From: Acidimicrobiales bacterium | Lineage (GTDB): Bacteria > Actinomycetota > Acidimicrobiia > Acidimicrobiales > Ilumatobacteraceae | Reading direction: 5' to 3' | Length of the DNA stretch: 64,000 nt | Assembly: GCA_046091145.1 (NCBI GenBank) | Contig: JBJTBF010000058.1 | Location: 4,876 to 68,875 of the forward strand | Shown: one piece after another, positions 16,974 through 26,878 of the stretch | Numbering within the stretch: position 1 is the stretch's first letter | How the letters are laid out: every line of letters starts with the position of its first letter | The notes under the pieces: model-generated | Database searches by the model: none | Seen by the model: the letters and a program-made list of their open reading frames with translations, nothing else | What the model was told of the DNA's origin: nothing | Position numbers and translations under genes: made by a program

Positions 16974-18997
16974 GAGCCGGTGAGGGTGGCAGCGATGTCG
17001 CTCGAGGAGCTGCCCGACCGGCGCAGCACGACCGCAACGAACGAGAGCGCTGCCATCGTGACCACGAAGAGGATCATCGCACCCACACCCCAGAACGGTT
17101 TGATGGTGCTGCGTGTGGCACCCAGCAACGCAACAGGGAACGTGGTGGAACCGGCCTCGGAAATGAGCGTGGAGATCACGGCGTTGTCGAGACAGAGCGT
17201 GAACGACAGCAGACCGCCGGCAACGAGAGCCGATGAGATGAGCGGCAGGGTCACCTGGCGGAACGCGCGCGACGGCGTGGCGCCGAGGTCGGCGGCGGCC
17301 TCCTCGAGTGACTCGTCGAGACCCTCGAGACGGGCACGCACGATCAGGGTGACGACAGCGCTCGCGTACAGCGACTGGCCCACCCACAGCTTGTTCATGC
17401 CGCTGCCGAACGGGCCCCACCCGTTCCTGAACGGGTAGCCGACCAACGGCACGTCCTGGATGCGGGGGAACCACGTTGCGAGCGCGATGGCATCCATGAT
17501 CTCGGGTGTCACGAGGATGAGGAAGAGGACCGCCATGAACACCTTGGTCCATGTTCCCGGCCGCCGTGCGAGTGCGACACCGGCGAGGCCGCCGATCACG
17601 ACCGCGATCACCGTGGCGCCGAAGGCCGCGGTGAAGGAGTTGCGCACGGCATCCCCCACCCCGGAGAACCTGAACACGTCGCGGTAACGGTCGGTGGTGG
17701 CCCAGTTCCACGCGACAGCGACGAAGAACGCGCCCGGCCCGAACCAGTTCGTGACACGAGCCGGCAGTTCCGTGAACCTGCGCAGCAGGAACCGCACCAC
17801 CAGGCCGCCGGCGATGACCGCGGCCCCCACCCACAGGACGCGCCACGCCGTTGCCGCCCAGAAGAGTTCCCCCCACCACTTGGTGCTGAAGTGACCGGAC
17901 CAGATCGTGAAGGACTGTCCACGGTTGAAGGAGTGCACGAACACGAGCACGATCGGCACGAACAGGAACACCAGCACCAGCGAAGTCCACGCCGCGAGGG
18001 CCACCTTCATCGGCTCGAACGGGAGACGCACCCGCGCACCCCGTGCACCGGCACCCATGGCACGCGCCGTGTTCGCCCGGCGCACGCGTTCCCCCAGCGG
18101 AGAGAAGAGCGAGGCGACCCTGGGCACCAGCCACACCAGCGCGGACCCGAGACCGAGCGCAACCAGGACGAACACGATCATCAGCACCGCCATCGCGGAG
18201 CCGAGCGGCCAGTTCTGTGCACCTCCGAACTGCGACGCCACCAGTGCGCCGATCATGTTGCCCTTGGCCCCGCCGAGCACGGTCGCGGCCACGTAGTCAC
18301 CGCACATCGGGATGAAGGTGAGCAGGACACCTGCGACGATGCCCGGGCCGGCGAGGGGCAGGGTCACCGACACGAACGTGGAGATGCGGCCGGCCCCGAG
18401 GTCCTTGCTGGCCTCCCTCATGCGCACGTCGATGCGGTCGAGCGCCACGAAGAGCGGCAGCACCATGAACCCCAGGTAGTTGTAGACGACCGCGATCTGC
18501 ACGGCGAGCGAGGTCTCGAGGATCTGGATGCCGTTCTCACCCACCCAGCCGAGGTCGACGAGGAAACGGGAGAATGCTCCGTTCGGCGCGAGCGGAATGC
18601 GCCACGCCACCGTGCGGATCAGGAAACTAGTGAAACTCGGCACCACGACGAGCGCGAGGATGGCTGCCCTCCACCGCTCCCCCACCTTGAAAGCAGCGAA
18701 GTACGCCACGGGCAGGCCGATCAGCACGCACAGGCCAGTGGCAATCACCGCGATGCGCAGCGTCCCGCGGAAGACCGTGAAGAACGTCTCGTCGAACACG
18801 TCCGAGTAGTTGGCCGTGGTCAGGCGCGTGAGGTCGACCGGCAGGACGAGCGATGTGTCCTTCGTGCCGAAGGAGTAGTAGACGATGTAGCCGATTGGTA
18901 CGACGAAGAACAGCGCGTACCAGATGATCGACGGCAGGGCGAGCGCGAACCGCGGCGCCCGCAACCGCCGGCGCACGCCGGTCAGTGCTGCCGTCAC
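16970..18997 (-). CDS. ABC transporter permease, fused PotB-PotC-like double module
   Basis: One 675-aa ORF carries two EAA-loop modules (EASKDLGAGRISTFVSVTLPL and EAAADLGATPSRAFRQVTLPL), each with about 6 TM segments. Confidence 0.85.
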   Translation of the reverse strand: MTAALTGVRRRLRAPRFALALPSIIWYALFFVVPIGYIVYYSFGTKDTSLVLPVDLTRLTTANYSDVFDETFFTVFRGTLRIAVIATGLCVLIGLPVAYFAAFKVGERWRAAILALVVVPSFTSFLIRTVAWRIPLAPNGAFSRFLVDLGWVGENGIQILETSLAVQIAVVYNYLGFMVLPLFVALDRIDVRMREASKDLGAGRISTFVSVTLPLAGPGIVAGVLLTFIPMCGDYVAATVLGGAKGNMIGALVASQFGGAQNWPLGSAMAVLMIVFVLVALGLGSALVWLVPRVASLFSPLGERVRRANTARAMGAGARGARVRLPFEPMKVALAAWTSLVLVFLFVPIVLVFVHSFNRGQSFTIWSGHFSTKWWGELFWAATAWRVLWVGAAVIAGGLVVRFLLRRFTELPARVTNWFGPGAFFVAVAWNWATTDRYRDVFRFSGVGDAVRNSFTAAFGATVIAVVIGGLAGVALARRPGTWTKVFMAVLFLILVTPEIMDAIALATWFPRIQDVPLVGYPFRNGWGPFGSGMNKLWVGQSLYASAVVTLIVRARLEGLDESLEEAAADLGATPSRAFRQVTLPLISSALVAGGLLSFTLCLDNAVISTLISEAGSTTFPVALLGATRSTIKPFWGVGAMILFVVTMAALSFVAVVLRRSGSSSSDIAATLTGS

Positions 18998-19001
18998 CCG
19001 G

Positions 19002-20258
19002 TCAGGCCCCGGCCTTCGCCTTGGTCTTGTTCAGGATCTCGACGAGACGGTCGAGTGCGGAGTTCATCTCCTGCGCCTCCATCGTGGCCACCTGATCATC
19101 GGAGAAGAAGATCATGTCGGGCTTCGCGAGGTCGGGAGCGAGTTCCTTCAGCAGCTGCTGCATGTTCTTCATGCCGGTGTGGTAGCCGTGGTACGAGAGG
19201 TCCTTGATGGAGATCTCCGGCACCAGCTCCCAGTTGATCCACGCATGTGCCGCCTCGGGGTTCGGGGCGCCCACCGGGATGGCGTAGGTGTCCATGAACA
19301 GCTGCGTCTTCGGCCCGGGCAGCACCCACTTCCAGTTCTCCGGCTTTCCGCCCGCATCCGCGATGCGTGAGTACGCCTGGCGCGCGTCGCCCGTCCAGGC
19401 AACCGCCAGCGAGTACGCGCCCTCGGCGATCTTGGTGCTCGGGTAGCTGTCGAATGCCTTGATGTGCTGGCCGAGTGTGTTCACCATGAAGTCCTCGCAT
19501 GCATCGAGGTCCGCTGCGTCGGTCGAGTTCGCCGACTTGCCGTTCGCCCAGAACCACGGTCCGCAGAAGTCCCACGCGGCATCGATGACCGAACAGTTGC
19601 CGCTCGCCTCTTTCGTGCAGGCATCGAGGAAGTCGGCCCAGGTCACGAGGTCGCGCTTGATCTTGCTGGTGTCATAGAGGAAGCCCGCGCTGCCCCAGTC
19701 CTTGCACACGACGTACACGTCGGCCGTGTCCCATGGCTGGCCGACATACGGCTTGTCGAGGTTCGCGAAGTTGGGCAGCAGCGACTTGTCGAGCTTCTGG
19801 AGGAGCCCCTTCTGGATCATCTGCGGCACGTACGGGCCGGTGGGCACCACGATGTCAAAGCCGCTCTTGCCCGACGCCGACGACAGCTTCGTGATGAGGT
19901 CCTCGTTGCTGGCGTAGTAGTCGACCTTCATCGCGACGCCGAGGGCGGAGTCCGCGAGAGCGCCGACGATCTCGGGATCGTTGTAGTCACCCCAGGTGTA
20001 CATGGCGAGTGCGCCGCTCGACTTGCGGATCTTGCGGCTCCAGTCACCGGTCGCGGTGCCGTCGAGCTCGATCCAGTCGCCGCCCGCACCGCCGGACGTG
20101 TCGGACGGGGTCGACCCCTCGGACACCGAACCGCTGTTCCCGCAGGCGGCGAGCACCACGGCCAGGCCGGCAGTGGCCGTGCCTGCCTTCAGGAACGCAC
20201 GTCGGGAGAGCTGCTCGCGGAAGCTGTGCGGTGCGAGGATCCTGGTGGGTCTGTCCAT
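19002..20258 (-). CDS. ABC transporter substrate-binding lipoprotein, PotD/PotF (polyamine-type) family
   Basis: Signal RRAFLKAGTATAGLAVVLAAC (twin-Arg plus lipobox), then a PotD-like body (YTWGDYNDPE.., FDIVVPTG.., AVAWTGDA..). Confidence 0.8.
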   Translation of the reverse strand: MDRPTRILAPHSFREQLSRRAFLKAGTATAGLAVVLAACGNSGSVSEGSTPSDTSGGAGGDWIELDGTATGDWSRKIRKSSGALAMYTWGDYNDPEIVGALADSALGVAMKVDYYASNEDLITKLSSASGKSGFDIVVPTGPYVPQMIQKGLLQKLDKSLLPNFANLDKPYVGQPWDTADVYVVCKDWGSAGFLYDTSKIKRDLVTWADFLDACTKEASGNCSVIDAAWDFCGPWFWANGKSANSTDAADLDACEDFMVNTLGQHIKAFDSYPSTKIAEGAYSLAVAWTGDARQAYSRIADAGGKPENWKWVLPGPKTQLFMDTYAIPVGAPNPEAAHAWINWELVPEISIKDLSYHGYHTGMKNMQQLLKELAPDLAKPDMIFFSDDQVATMEAQEMNSALDRLVEILNKTKAKAGA

Positions 20259-20333
20259 TGTGTTGTCTCCCTCATCGTGCGGGCTGTGCCGCGAATTCGG
20301 TTCCGTTGTAGCAGACCGGCCCGGGGTGCCCGG

Positions 20334-21443
20334 TCAGCCTGCCTCGTCCTCTGCGAGCACCACTCCGGCCTGCCGGGCCGAGAAGAGGTACACGTCGTCA
20401 GCGGACCACGAGCACCAGACGGCGTCGCCGACGGCGAAGCGCTGGGTCTCGAGTCTCGGCGTGAGCACGAGGAGGTCGCGCTCACCCGACGTCACCACAT
20501 ACTGCAGCACGTCGCCGAAGTACGACACGCCCGCCACTGCCCCGCGACAGGTGTTCTCGCTGCGACCGGGCTGCGCGGCCGACAGGTGGATGCACTCGGG
20601 GCGCACGGCGGGCAGGGCCGCCTGCCCGTTCGGCACGTTCTCCTCGGGCCGGGTGGCCACGAACACCGTCCCGTCGTCCGCGACCGCTCCGTCGTCGGTG
20701 GCCGTGCCGGTCCAGAAGTTGTTCCGCCCGATGAACCCCGCAACGAACGCCGAGGCCGGGTGCTCGTACACGGTCTCGGGATCGGCGAGCTGCTCGATGT
20801 GACCGTCCAGCATGATGGCGATGCGGTCGCTCATGCTCATGGCCTCCTCCTGGTCGTGCGTGACGAACACGAACGTGATGCCGAGACGCGACTGCAGCAG
20901 CTTCAGCTCGATCTGCATCTCCTCGCGCAGCTTGCGGTCGAGGGCGCCGAGCGGCTCGTCGAGCAGCAGCACGCTGGGCCTGTTCACGAGCGCACGGGCG
21001 ACAGCAACGCGCTGCTGCTGGCCGCCCGACATCTGCCTGGGCCTGCGCTCCGCGAGCCGCGACATCTGCACCATGTCCAGCGCCTCGGCCACCCGCCCGG
21101 CGACGTCCGCTTTCGGCACGCCCTTCTGGCGCAGGCCGTACCCGACGTTCTCGGCCACCGTCATGTGAGGGAACAGTGCGTAGTGCTGGAACACCGTGTT
21201 CACGTCGCGCTTGTACGGGGGGACCCCCTGCACCTCGACCCCGTTCACGAGGATATGCCCGGCGTCGGGCTGCTCGAACCCTGCGAGCATGCGCAACGTG
21301 GTGGTCTTGCCACAGCCACTCGGGCCGAGCAGTGACAGGAACTCCCCGGGTCGCACCTCGAGATCGAGGTTGTCGACGGCAGTGACGTCGCCGTAGCGCT
21401 TCGTGACACCGACGAGCTGCACCGACCCGCGTACTCCAGTCAC
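20334..21443 (-). CDS. ABC transporter ATP-binding protein, PotA-like
   Basis: Walker [10 protein letters not shown], signature [15 protein letters not shown], Walker B LLLDEP, and a TOBE-like C-terminus. Start trimmed to GTG 21443, with GGAGG at 21449-21453 (5-nt spacing). Confidence 0.9.
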   Translation of the reverse strand: MTGVRGSVQLVGVTKRYGDVTAVDNLDLEVRPGEFLSLLGPSGCGKTTTLRMLAGFEQPDAGHILVNGVEVQGVPPYKRDVNTVFQHYALFPHMTVAENVGYGLRQKGVPKADVAGRVAEALDMVQMSRLAERRPRQMSGGQQQRVAVARALVNRPSVLLLDEPLGALDRKLREEMQIELKLLQSRLGITFVFVTHDQEEAMSMSDRIAIMLDGHIEQLADPETVYEHPASAFVAGFIGRNNFWTGTATDDGAVADDGTVFVATRPEENVPNGQAALPAVRPECIHLSAAQPGRSENTCRGAVAGVSYFGDVLQYVVTSGERDLLVLTPRLETQRFAVGDAVWCSWSADDVYLFSARQAGVVLAEDEAG

Positions 21444-21498
21444 TCTCACCTCCGAACCGCGACGATTCCGAGAGCATAGGCAAACGAAAGGGTCACGC

Positions 21499-22902
21499 AT
21501 GACCCGGGCACGCACGGGGATAATGGTTGTCGTGGACGAAACCCTCGACCAGCAGGCACGCCGCCACATGTGGGGCCACTTCACCCGGATGTCCACGGTG
21601 CAGCGGGAGGGACTCCCGATGATCGTGCGCGGCGAGGGGGCGTACGTCTGGGATGACCAGGGGAACCGCTATCTCGATGCCCTGAGCGGCCTCTTCACGG
21701 TCAACATCGGCCACGGCCGAAACGAACTCGCCGAGGCAGCCGCCGCACAATCGCGCACGCTCTCCTACTTCCCGCTGTGGAACTTCGCCACGGAACCCGC
21801 CGTGCGCCTTGCCTCGCGACTGGCCGGGCTCGCTCCCGGTGACCTCAACCGTGTCTTCTTCACGACGGGCGGTGGCGAGGCGGTGGAGTCAGCGTGGAAG
21901 CTGGCCGTGCAGTACTTCGCGGCCATCGGCCAGCCGACGCGCCGCAAGGTGATCAGCCGCGAATTCGCGTACCACGGCACCACGCTCGGCGCGCTGTCGA
22001 TTACCGGCATCCCCGCACTGCGTGGGCCGTTCGAGCCGCTGCTGCCGACAGCGTTGAAGGTGCGCAACACGAACCGCTACCGGTGCACCTCGTGTTCGCA
22101 CGCGGCATCGTGCACCCTCGACTGCGCCGACGACATCGAGCGGCTGATCCTCTCCGAGGGGCCCGAGACCGTGGCGATGGTGATCATGGAGCCGGTGCAG
22201 AACACCGGCGGCGCACTCACACCGCCCGACGGTTACTGGCGCCGCGTGCGTGAGATCTGCGACCGCCACGGCGTGCTCCTCGTGTCCGACGAGGTCATCT
22301 GTGCGTTCGGTCGCCTCGGCCACATGTTCGGCTGTGACCGCTACGGGTACGTGCCCGACATGATCACCTTCGCCAAGGGCGTCACCAGCGGTTATGCCCC
22401 GCTCGGTGGCGTCATTGTCAGCGACCGGGTCGCTGCGCCTTTCGTGGAGGAGGAGGGCCGCATGTACATGCACGGCCTCACCTTCGGCGGTCATCCGGTG
22501 AGCTGTGCCGTCGCGCTCGCCAACATCGACATCCTCGAGAACGAGGACATCTGCGGGAACGTGCAGCGCCACGAGTCCCTGTTCGACGATGTCATGGCCG
22601 AGCTCGCCGGCCTCCCGATTGTGGGTGACGTGCGCGGAAGCGGTTACTTCCGTGTGGCGGAGCTGGTGCGCGACAAGGACACCCGCGAGACCTTCGCCGC
22701 GGAGGAGAGCGAGTGGCTGCTGCGGGAGTTGCTCTCCCCCATGCTGTACGAGGCCGGGCTGATCTGCCGGTCCGATGACCGCGCCGACCCCGTGGTCGTC
22801 CTGTCACCGACACTCATCAGCGGCGAGCAGGAGCTCGAGTTCATCCGCACCACGCTGCGAACCGCATTCACCGCCGCGTGGGACGCACTCGCCGACCGCT
22901 GA
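21499..22902 (+). CDS. class-III PLP aminotransferase (omega-amine:pyruvate/2-oxoglutarate type)
   Basis: [16 protein letters not shown] and [14 protein letters not shown] (PLP-Lys context), about 465 aa. Start is ATG 21499 (alt. 21523). Confidence 0.85.
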   Translation: MTRARTGIMVVVDETLDQQARRHMWGHFTRMSTVQREGLPMIVRGEGAYVWDDQGNRYLDALSGLFTVNIGHGRNELAEAAAAQSRTLSYFPLWNFATEPAVRLASRLAGLAPGDLNRVFFTTGGGEAVESAWKLAVQYFAAIGQPTRRKVISREFAYHGTTLGALSITGIPALRGPFEPLLPTALKVRNTNRYRCTSCSHAASCTLDCADDIERLILSEGPETVAMVIMEPVQNTGGALTPPDGYWRRVREICDRHGVLLVSDEVICAFGRLGHMFGCDRYGYVPDMITFAKGVTSGYAPLGGVIVSDRVAAPFVEEEGRMYMHGLTFGGHPVSCAVALANIDILENEDICGNVQRHESLFDDVMAELAGLPIVGDVRGSGYFRVAELVRDKDTRETFAAEESEWLLRELLSPMLYEAGLICRSDDRADPVVVLSPTLISGEQELEFIRTTLRTAFTAAWDALADR

Positions 22903-22924
22903 GTCCCGCCGACGATGGTCCGGC

Positions 22925-24352
22925 TCAGCTGTCGAGGTTCGCCATCACGTGCTTGATGCGCGTGTAGTCGTCGAGTGCGTAGGCCGATAGGTCCTTGCCG
23001 TAACCCGACTTCTTGTAGCCACCGTGCGGCATCTCCGCAACGATCGGGATGTGCGTGTTGATCCACACGCACCCGAAGTCGAGGCCCTTCGCCATGCGCA
23101 TCGCCCTGCCGAAGTCACGGGTCCACACCGAGGATGCGAGGCCGTACTCCACGCCGTTCGCCCAGCGGAGCGCCTCATCCTCGTCGGAGAAGCGCTGCAC
23201 GGTGATGACAGGGCCGAAGATCTCGTTCTGGATCATCTCGTCGTCCTGGCGGAGGTCGGCGACCACGGTCGGCGCGTAGAAGAAACCCTCGTCGCCGACG
23301 CGCGAACCTCCGGTGACGACCCGCGCATGGTCGGGTGCGCGCTCCACGAACCCTGCGACGCGTGCCAGCTGGTTCGGGTTGTTGAGCGGGCCGTAGAGCA
23401 CGTCCTCGTCGTCGGGTCGGCCCGTGCGCGATGCAGCGACACTCTCGGACAGTGCGGCAACAAACTCGTTGTAGATGCGCGGCCCGCACACCACGCGGGT
23501 TGCAGCGGTGCAGTCCTGGCCGGCGTTGAACAGACCGGCGGTCGCGATGCCCGCCGAGGCCGCCTCGATGTCGGCGTCGTCGAACACGATGACGGGGGCC
23601 TTGCCGCCCAGCTCCAGGTGCACCCGCTTCAGGCTCTTCGCCGCCGCCTCGGCGACCTCCATGCCCGCACGCACCGAACCCGTCACCGACACCATCGACG
23701 GAATGTCGTGCGACACCATCGCACGACCGGTGTCGCGGTCGCCGCACACGACGTTGAACACACCCGGCGGCAGGAACTCGGCGGCAACCTCGGCCATGAA
23801 CGCGGCCGACACGGGCGTGGTGTCGGAGGGCTTCAGCACGACCGCGTTGCCCGCGGCGAGTGCCGGCGCGAACTTCCACACCGCCATCATCATCGGGTAG
23901 TTCCACGGCGCGACCTGCGCGCACACCCCCACCGGCTCGCGCCGGATCATCGAGGTCATGTTGCGCATGTATTCGGCCGACGCCTTTCCCTCGAGCATGC
24001 GTGCGGCCCCGGCGAAGAACCGGATCTGGTCGATCATCGGCGGGATCTCCTCGCTGGCCGTCATGCCGACCGGCTTCCCCGTGTTCTCGACCTCCAGCGC
24101 GATGAGTTCGTCTGCCCTGCTCTCCAGTGCGTCGGCGATCCGCAGCAGCGCAAGTGACCTCTCGGACGGCGTGGTGTTGCGCCACTCCTCGAATGCCCCC
24201 GATGCGGCCTTCATCGCGTCGTCGATGTCAGGTGCCGACGACAGCGGCGCGGTGCCGTACTCCCTGCCGTCCACCGGGTTCACGAGGGGGAGGGTGCGGC
24301 CGTCGCGTGCGTCGACCTGCCTGCCGTTGATGAAGTTCCTGACGGTGCGCAT
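22925..24352 (-). CDS. NAD(P)-dependent aldehyde dehydrogenase (aminobutyraldehyde/betaine-aldehyde-like)
   Basis: [16 protein letters not shown] and [12 protein letters not shown] (catalytic Cys). Start trimmed to ATG 24352 ([13 protein letters not shown]). Confidence 0.88.
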   Translation of the reverse strand: MRTVRNFINGRQVDARDGRTLPLVNPVDGREYGTAPLSSAPDIDDAMKAASGAFEEWRNTTPSERSLALLRIADALESRADELIALEVENTGKPVGMTASEEIPPMIDQIRFFAGAARMLEGKASAEYMRNMTSMIRREPVGVCAQVAPWNYPMMMAVWKFAPALAAGNAVVLKPSDTTPVSAAFMAEVAAEFLPPGVFNVVCGDRDTGRAMVSHDIPSMVSVTGSVRAGMEVAEAAAKSLKRVHLELGGKAPVIVFDDADIEAASAGIATAGLFNAGQDCTAATRVVCGPRIYNEFVAALSESVAASRTGRPDDEDVLYGPLNNPNQLARVAGFVERAPDHARVVTGGSRVGDEGFFYAPTVVADLRQDDEMIQNEIFGPVITVQRFSDEDEALRWANGVEYGLASSVWTRDFGRAMRMAKGLDFGCVWINTHIPIVAEMPHGGYKKSGYGKDLSAYALDDYTRIKHVMANLDS

Positions 24353-24465
24353 CCCCCCATCGTTCCACAACGGCCGTCCCCGCGCGACAGGTGTCCCCGG
24401 ACCGCGGTCGCCGAACAGCGTGGGTGCACCCGCGTCGACCCTCCGGCGCCGATAGAAATGCGGGC

Positions 24466-25596
24466 ATGACACAGATCAAGTCAGTGGGCGTGCCGCGCGA
24501 GACCAAGACCGCCGAGGGCCGTGTCGCCATGACACCCGACGGGGTGCGCGAGTTCGAGCGTCTGGGAATCGACGTGTACGTGGAGACCGGCGCGGGCGAC
24601 GGGGCGTCCATCAGCGATGCCGACTACGTGGCGGCCGGGGCCGACATCGTGCCCACCGCGGCCGATGCCTGGGCAAGGGACATGGTGGTGAAGGTGAAGG
24701 AGCCCACGGAGGCCGAGTTCATTCACCTCCGCCGCGACCTCGTGCTCTTCACGTACCTGCATCTCGCTGCATACCCGGCGGTCGCGAGGGCCCTGCTGGA
24801 GGCCGGCACCACCGCATTTGCCTACGAGACCGTGCAGGTGGAGTCGGGCGCGTTGCCTCTCCTCGCACCGATGAGCGAGGTCGCGGGACGGCTTGCGCCT
24901 CAGATGGGCGCCCACTTCCTCGAGCGCACCCACGGCGGGCGCGGCGTGCTGATGGGCGGCGCCCCCGGCGTGCGGCCCGCCCGTGTCGTCGTGCTCGGTG
25001 CGGGGAACGTGGGCTGGAACAGCGCATGGATCGCCGCAGGCATGGAGGCCGAGGTCGTGCTTCTCGACAAGAACCTCGACCGGCTCCGCTGGGTCGACCA
25101 GATCCACCGAGGCCGCATCATGACGCTCGCCTCCAACAGGGGCGCGATCGAGCGCAGCGTCGCCGAGGCCGACCTTGTGATCGGTGCGGTGCTCGTGGCA
25201 GGCGGGCGCGCGCCGGTCGTCGTGAGCGAGGACATGGTGCGCACCATGAAGCCCGGCGCGGTGATCGTCGACGTCGCCGTCGACCAGGGCGGCTGCATCG
25301 AGACGATCCACGAGACCACACACACCGACCCCGTGTACGAGCGTCACGGTGTGATCCACTACGCAGTCGGCAACATGCCGGGAGCGGTGCCCCACACCAG
25401 CACGTACGCGCTCACCAACGCGACCCTTCCGTACCAGCTCGAGGTCGCCACACACGGACCGCTGGGGTCCACGGAGCGCAACGCCGCACTGGCCCACGGT
25501 CTGAACACCCATGCCGGCGCCGTCACCTCCGTCGCCGTGGCCGAAGCCCTGGGCCTGCCGCACGTCGACCCTCTGGTCGCGCTGCGTTCCTCGTAG
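24466..25596 (+). CDS. ald: L-alanine dehydrogenase
   Basis: [27 protein letters not shown].., [14 protein letters not shown] Rossmann motif, about 376 aa. Start trimmed to ATG 24466. Confidence 0.92.
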   Translation: MTQIKSVGVPRETKTAEGRVAMTPDGVREFERLGIDVYVETGAGDGASISDADYVAAGADIVPTAADAWARDMVVKVKEPTEAEFIHLRRDLVLFTYLHLAAYPAVARALLEAGTTAFAYETVQVESGALPLLAPMSEVAGRLAPQMGAHFLERTHGGRGVLMGGAPGVRPARVVVLGAGNVGWNSAWIAAGMEAEVVLLDKNLDRLRWVDQIHRGRIMTLASNRGAIERSVAEADLVIGAVLVAGGRAPVVVSEDMVRTMKPGAVIVDVAVDQGGCIETIHETTHTDPVYERHGVIHYAVGNMPGAVPHTSTYALTNATLPYQLEVATHGPLGSTERNAALAHGLNTHAGAVTSVAVAEALGLPHVDPLVALRSS

Positions 25597-25605
25597 GGTC
25601 GGGCC

Positions 25606-26826
25606 ATGGCTGTCCACGCATCGGAACTCGACCTCCCGAAGGTGCCCGTCTTCGAGGACGGTGACCGTCAGGTGCGGCGTGCCGCGATGCGTGACCTGTC
25701 GTCACAGTCGGCGATTGCGCGTACCGACATCGGGTACGCGGTGCTGCGGTACGACACCGTCACCAAGGTGCTGCGCGACAAGCGGTGGCACAGCGCAACG
25801 GGTTTCGCCGCGCAGTTCGCCGGTGTCACCGACGAGAAGTTCCTCTCGCGCCGCAGGGTCAGCATCCTGAACGCAGAGGGAGACACCCACGTTCGTCTGC
25901 GTCGGCTCGTCGCCCCTGCGTTCTCCCCGCGCAGTGCCGACCGGCTGCGTCCGTTCATGCGGGAGGTGGTCGAGGGTCTCATCGCCCCGGCAACCCGGAC
26001 CGGGCGCACGGAGTTCGTGGCGGACGTGTGCGAGCCCTACCCCATCCCCATCATCTGCGAGCTGCTTGGCGCGCCGAAAGAGGACTGGAGGTCGTTCAGC
26101 GTGTGGGCGACCGACATCCTGAGGGTCTTCAACGGCACTCTCGTGCAGGACCTCCCGGTCATCATGCAGGCCCAGGACGAACTCGGCGAGTACGTGCGCA
26201 ACCTCATCGCAGAGCGCCGTGCCAAGCCGGCTGACGATCTCCTGACCGACCTCATCGCAGCGGAAGAACAGGGCGACAGGCTCACCAACGACGAACTGGT
26301 CATGATGGTCGAGGCGGTCATCGTGGGCGGCACCGACACCACCCGCAACCAGCTCGGCCTCTGCCTCGCGGTGTTCCTCGACCACCCCGACCAGTGGGCA
26401 CTGCTGGAGTCCGACCCATCGCTCGCCCCGCGGGCCGTGGAGGAATGCATGCGCTACTGGGGGGCAGTGAACGGCACCATCAGGTACGCGAGCGAGGACA
26501 TCGAGATGGACGGCGTCCTCTTCCCGAAGGGGACGTTCATGAGCACGAGCCTCGCCACCGCGAACTTCGACCCGGCCGTGTTCCCCGAACCCGGCACGTT
26601 CGACATCACGCGCGAGCCGGTGGGCTCGCCGCACATGAGCTTCGGCAGCGGCATCCACTACTGCCTCGGAGCCTCACTCGCCCGCGCGGAGCTGCAGGAG
26701 GCCCTCGCGGTGCTGCCTGCACGGATGCGGGGCATACGTCGCGACGGTGACACCGTCATGAAGCCGGCGACCACGGCGATCTTCGGGCCGGCCAGCATGC
26801 CCATTGCGTTCGACTCCAACGCCTGA
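25606..26826 (+). CDS. cytochrome P450
   Basis: FGSGIHYCLGASLA heme-thiolate loop, EECMRY (ExxR), and I-helix GGTDTT. Confidence 0.92.
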   Translation: MAVHASELDLPKVPVFEDGDRQVRRAAMRDLSSQSAIARTDIGYAVLRYDTVTKVLRDKRWHSATGFAAQFAGVTDEKFLSRRRVSILNAEGDTHVRLRRLVAPAFSPRSADRLRPFMREVVEGLIAPATRTGRTEFVADVCEPYPIPIICELLGAPKEDWRSFSVWATDILRVFNGTLVQDLPVIMQAQDELGEYVRNLIAERRAKPADDLLTDLIAAEEQGDRLTNDELVMMVEAVIVGGTDTTRNQLGLCLAVFLDHPDQWALLESDPSLAPRAVEECMRYWGAVNGTIRYASEDIEMDGVLFPKGTFMSTSLATANFDPAVFPEPGTFDITREPVGSPHMSFGSGIHYCLGASLARAELQEALAVLPARMRGIRRDGDTVMKPATTAIFGPASMPIAFDSNA

Positions 26827-26878
26827 CTCTCCGTCACGGCGAAACGAGGCCCCCGCAAGTACTGTGGGCAGGCCCCCT

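Noticed and set aside
16974-18134. N-terminal 387 codons of listed ORF 16047..18134.
   Set aside because: This part overlaps the fused permease gene in another frame and has junk composition. The dehydrogenase homology starts at GTG 16973, which is GTGA-coupled to the permease stop. The same reasoning was applied to 28155..29549 (ddl), 29517..29999 (murF), 49011..50579 (ACAD), 59337..60320 (photolyase) and 38072..39013 (crotonase).
6826-21335. Other long antisense ORFs (6826..8166, 7946..9313, 9021..10595, 17891..19207, 19464..21335).
   Set aside because: Same shadow-ORF signature, lying opposite hisF/hisA/hisH/hisB/hisC and the ABC transporter genes.
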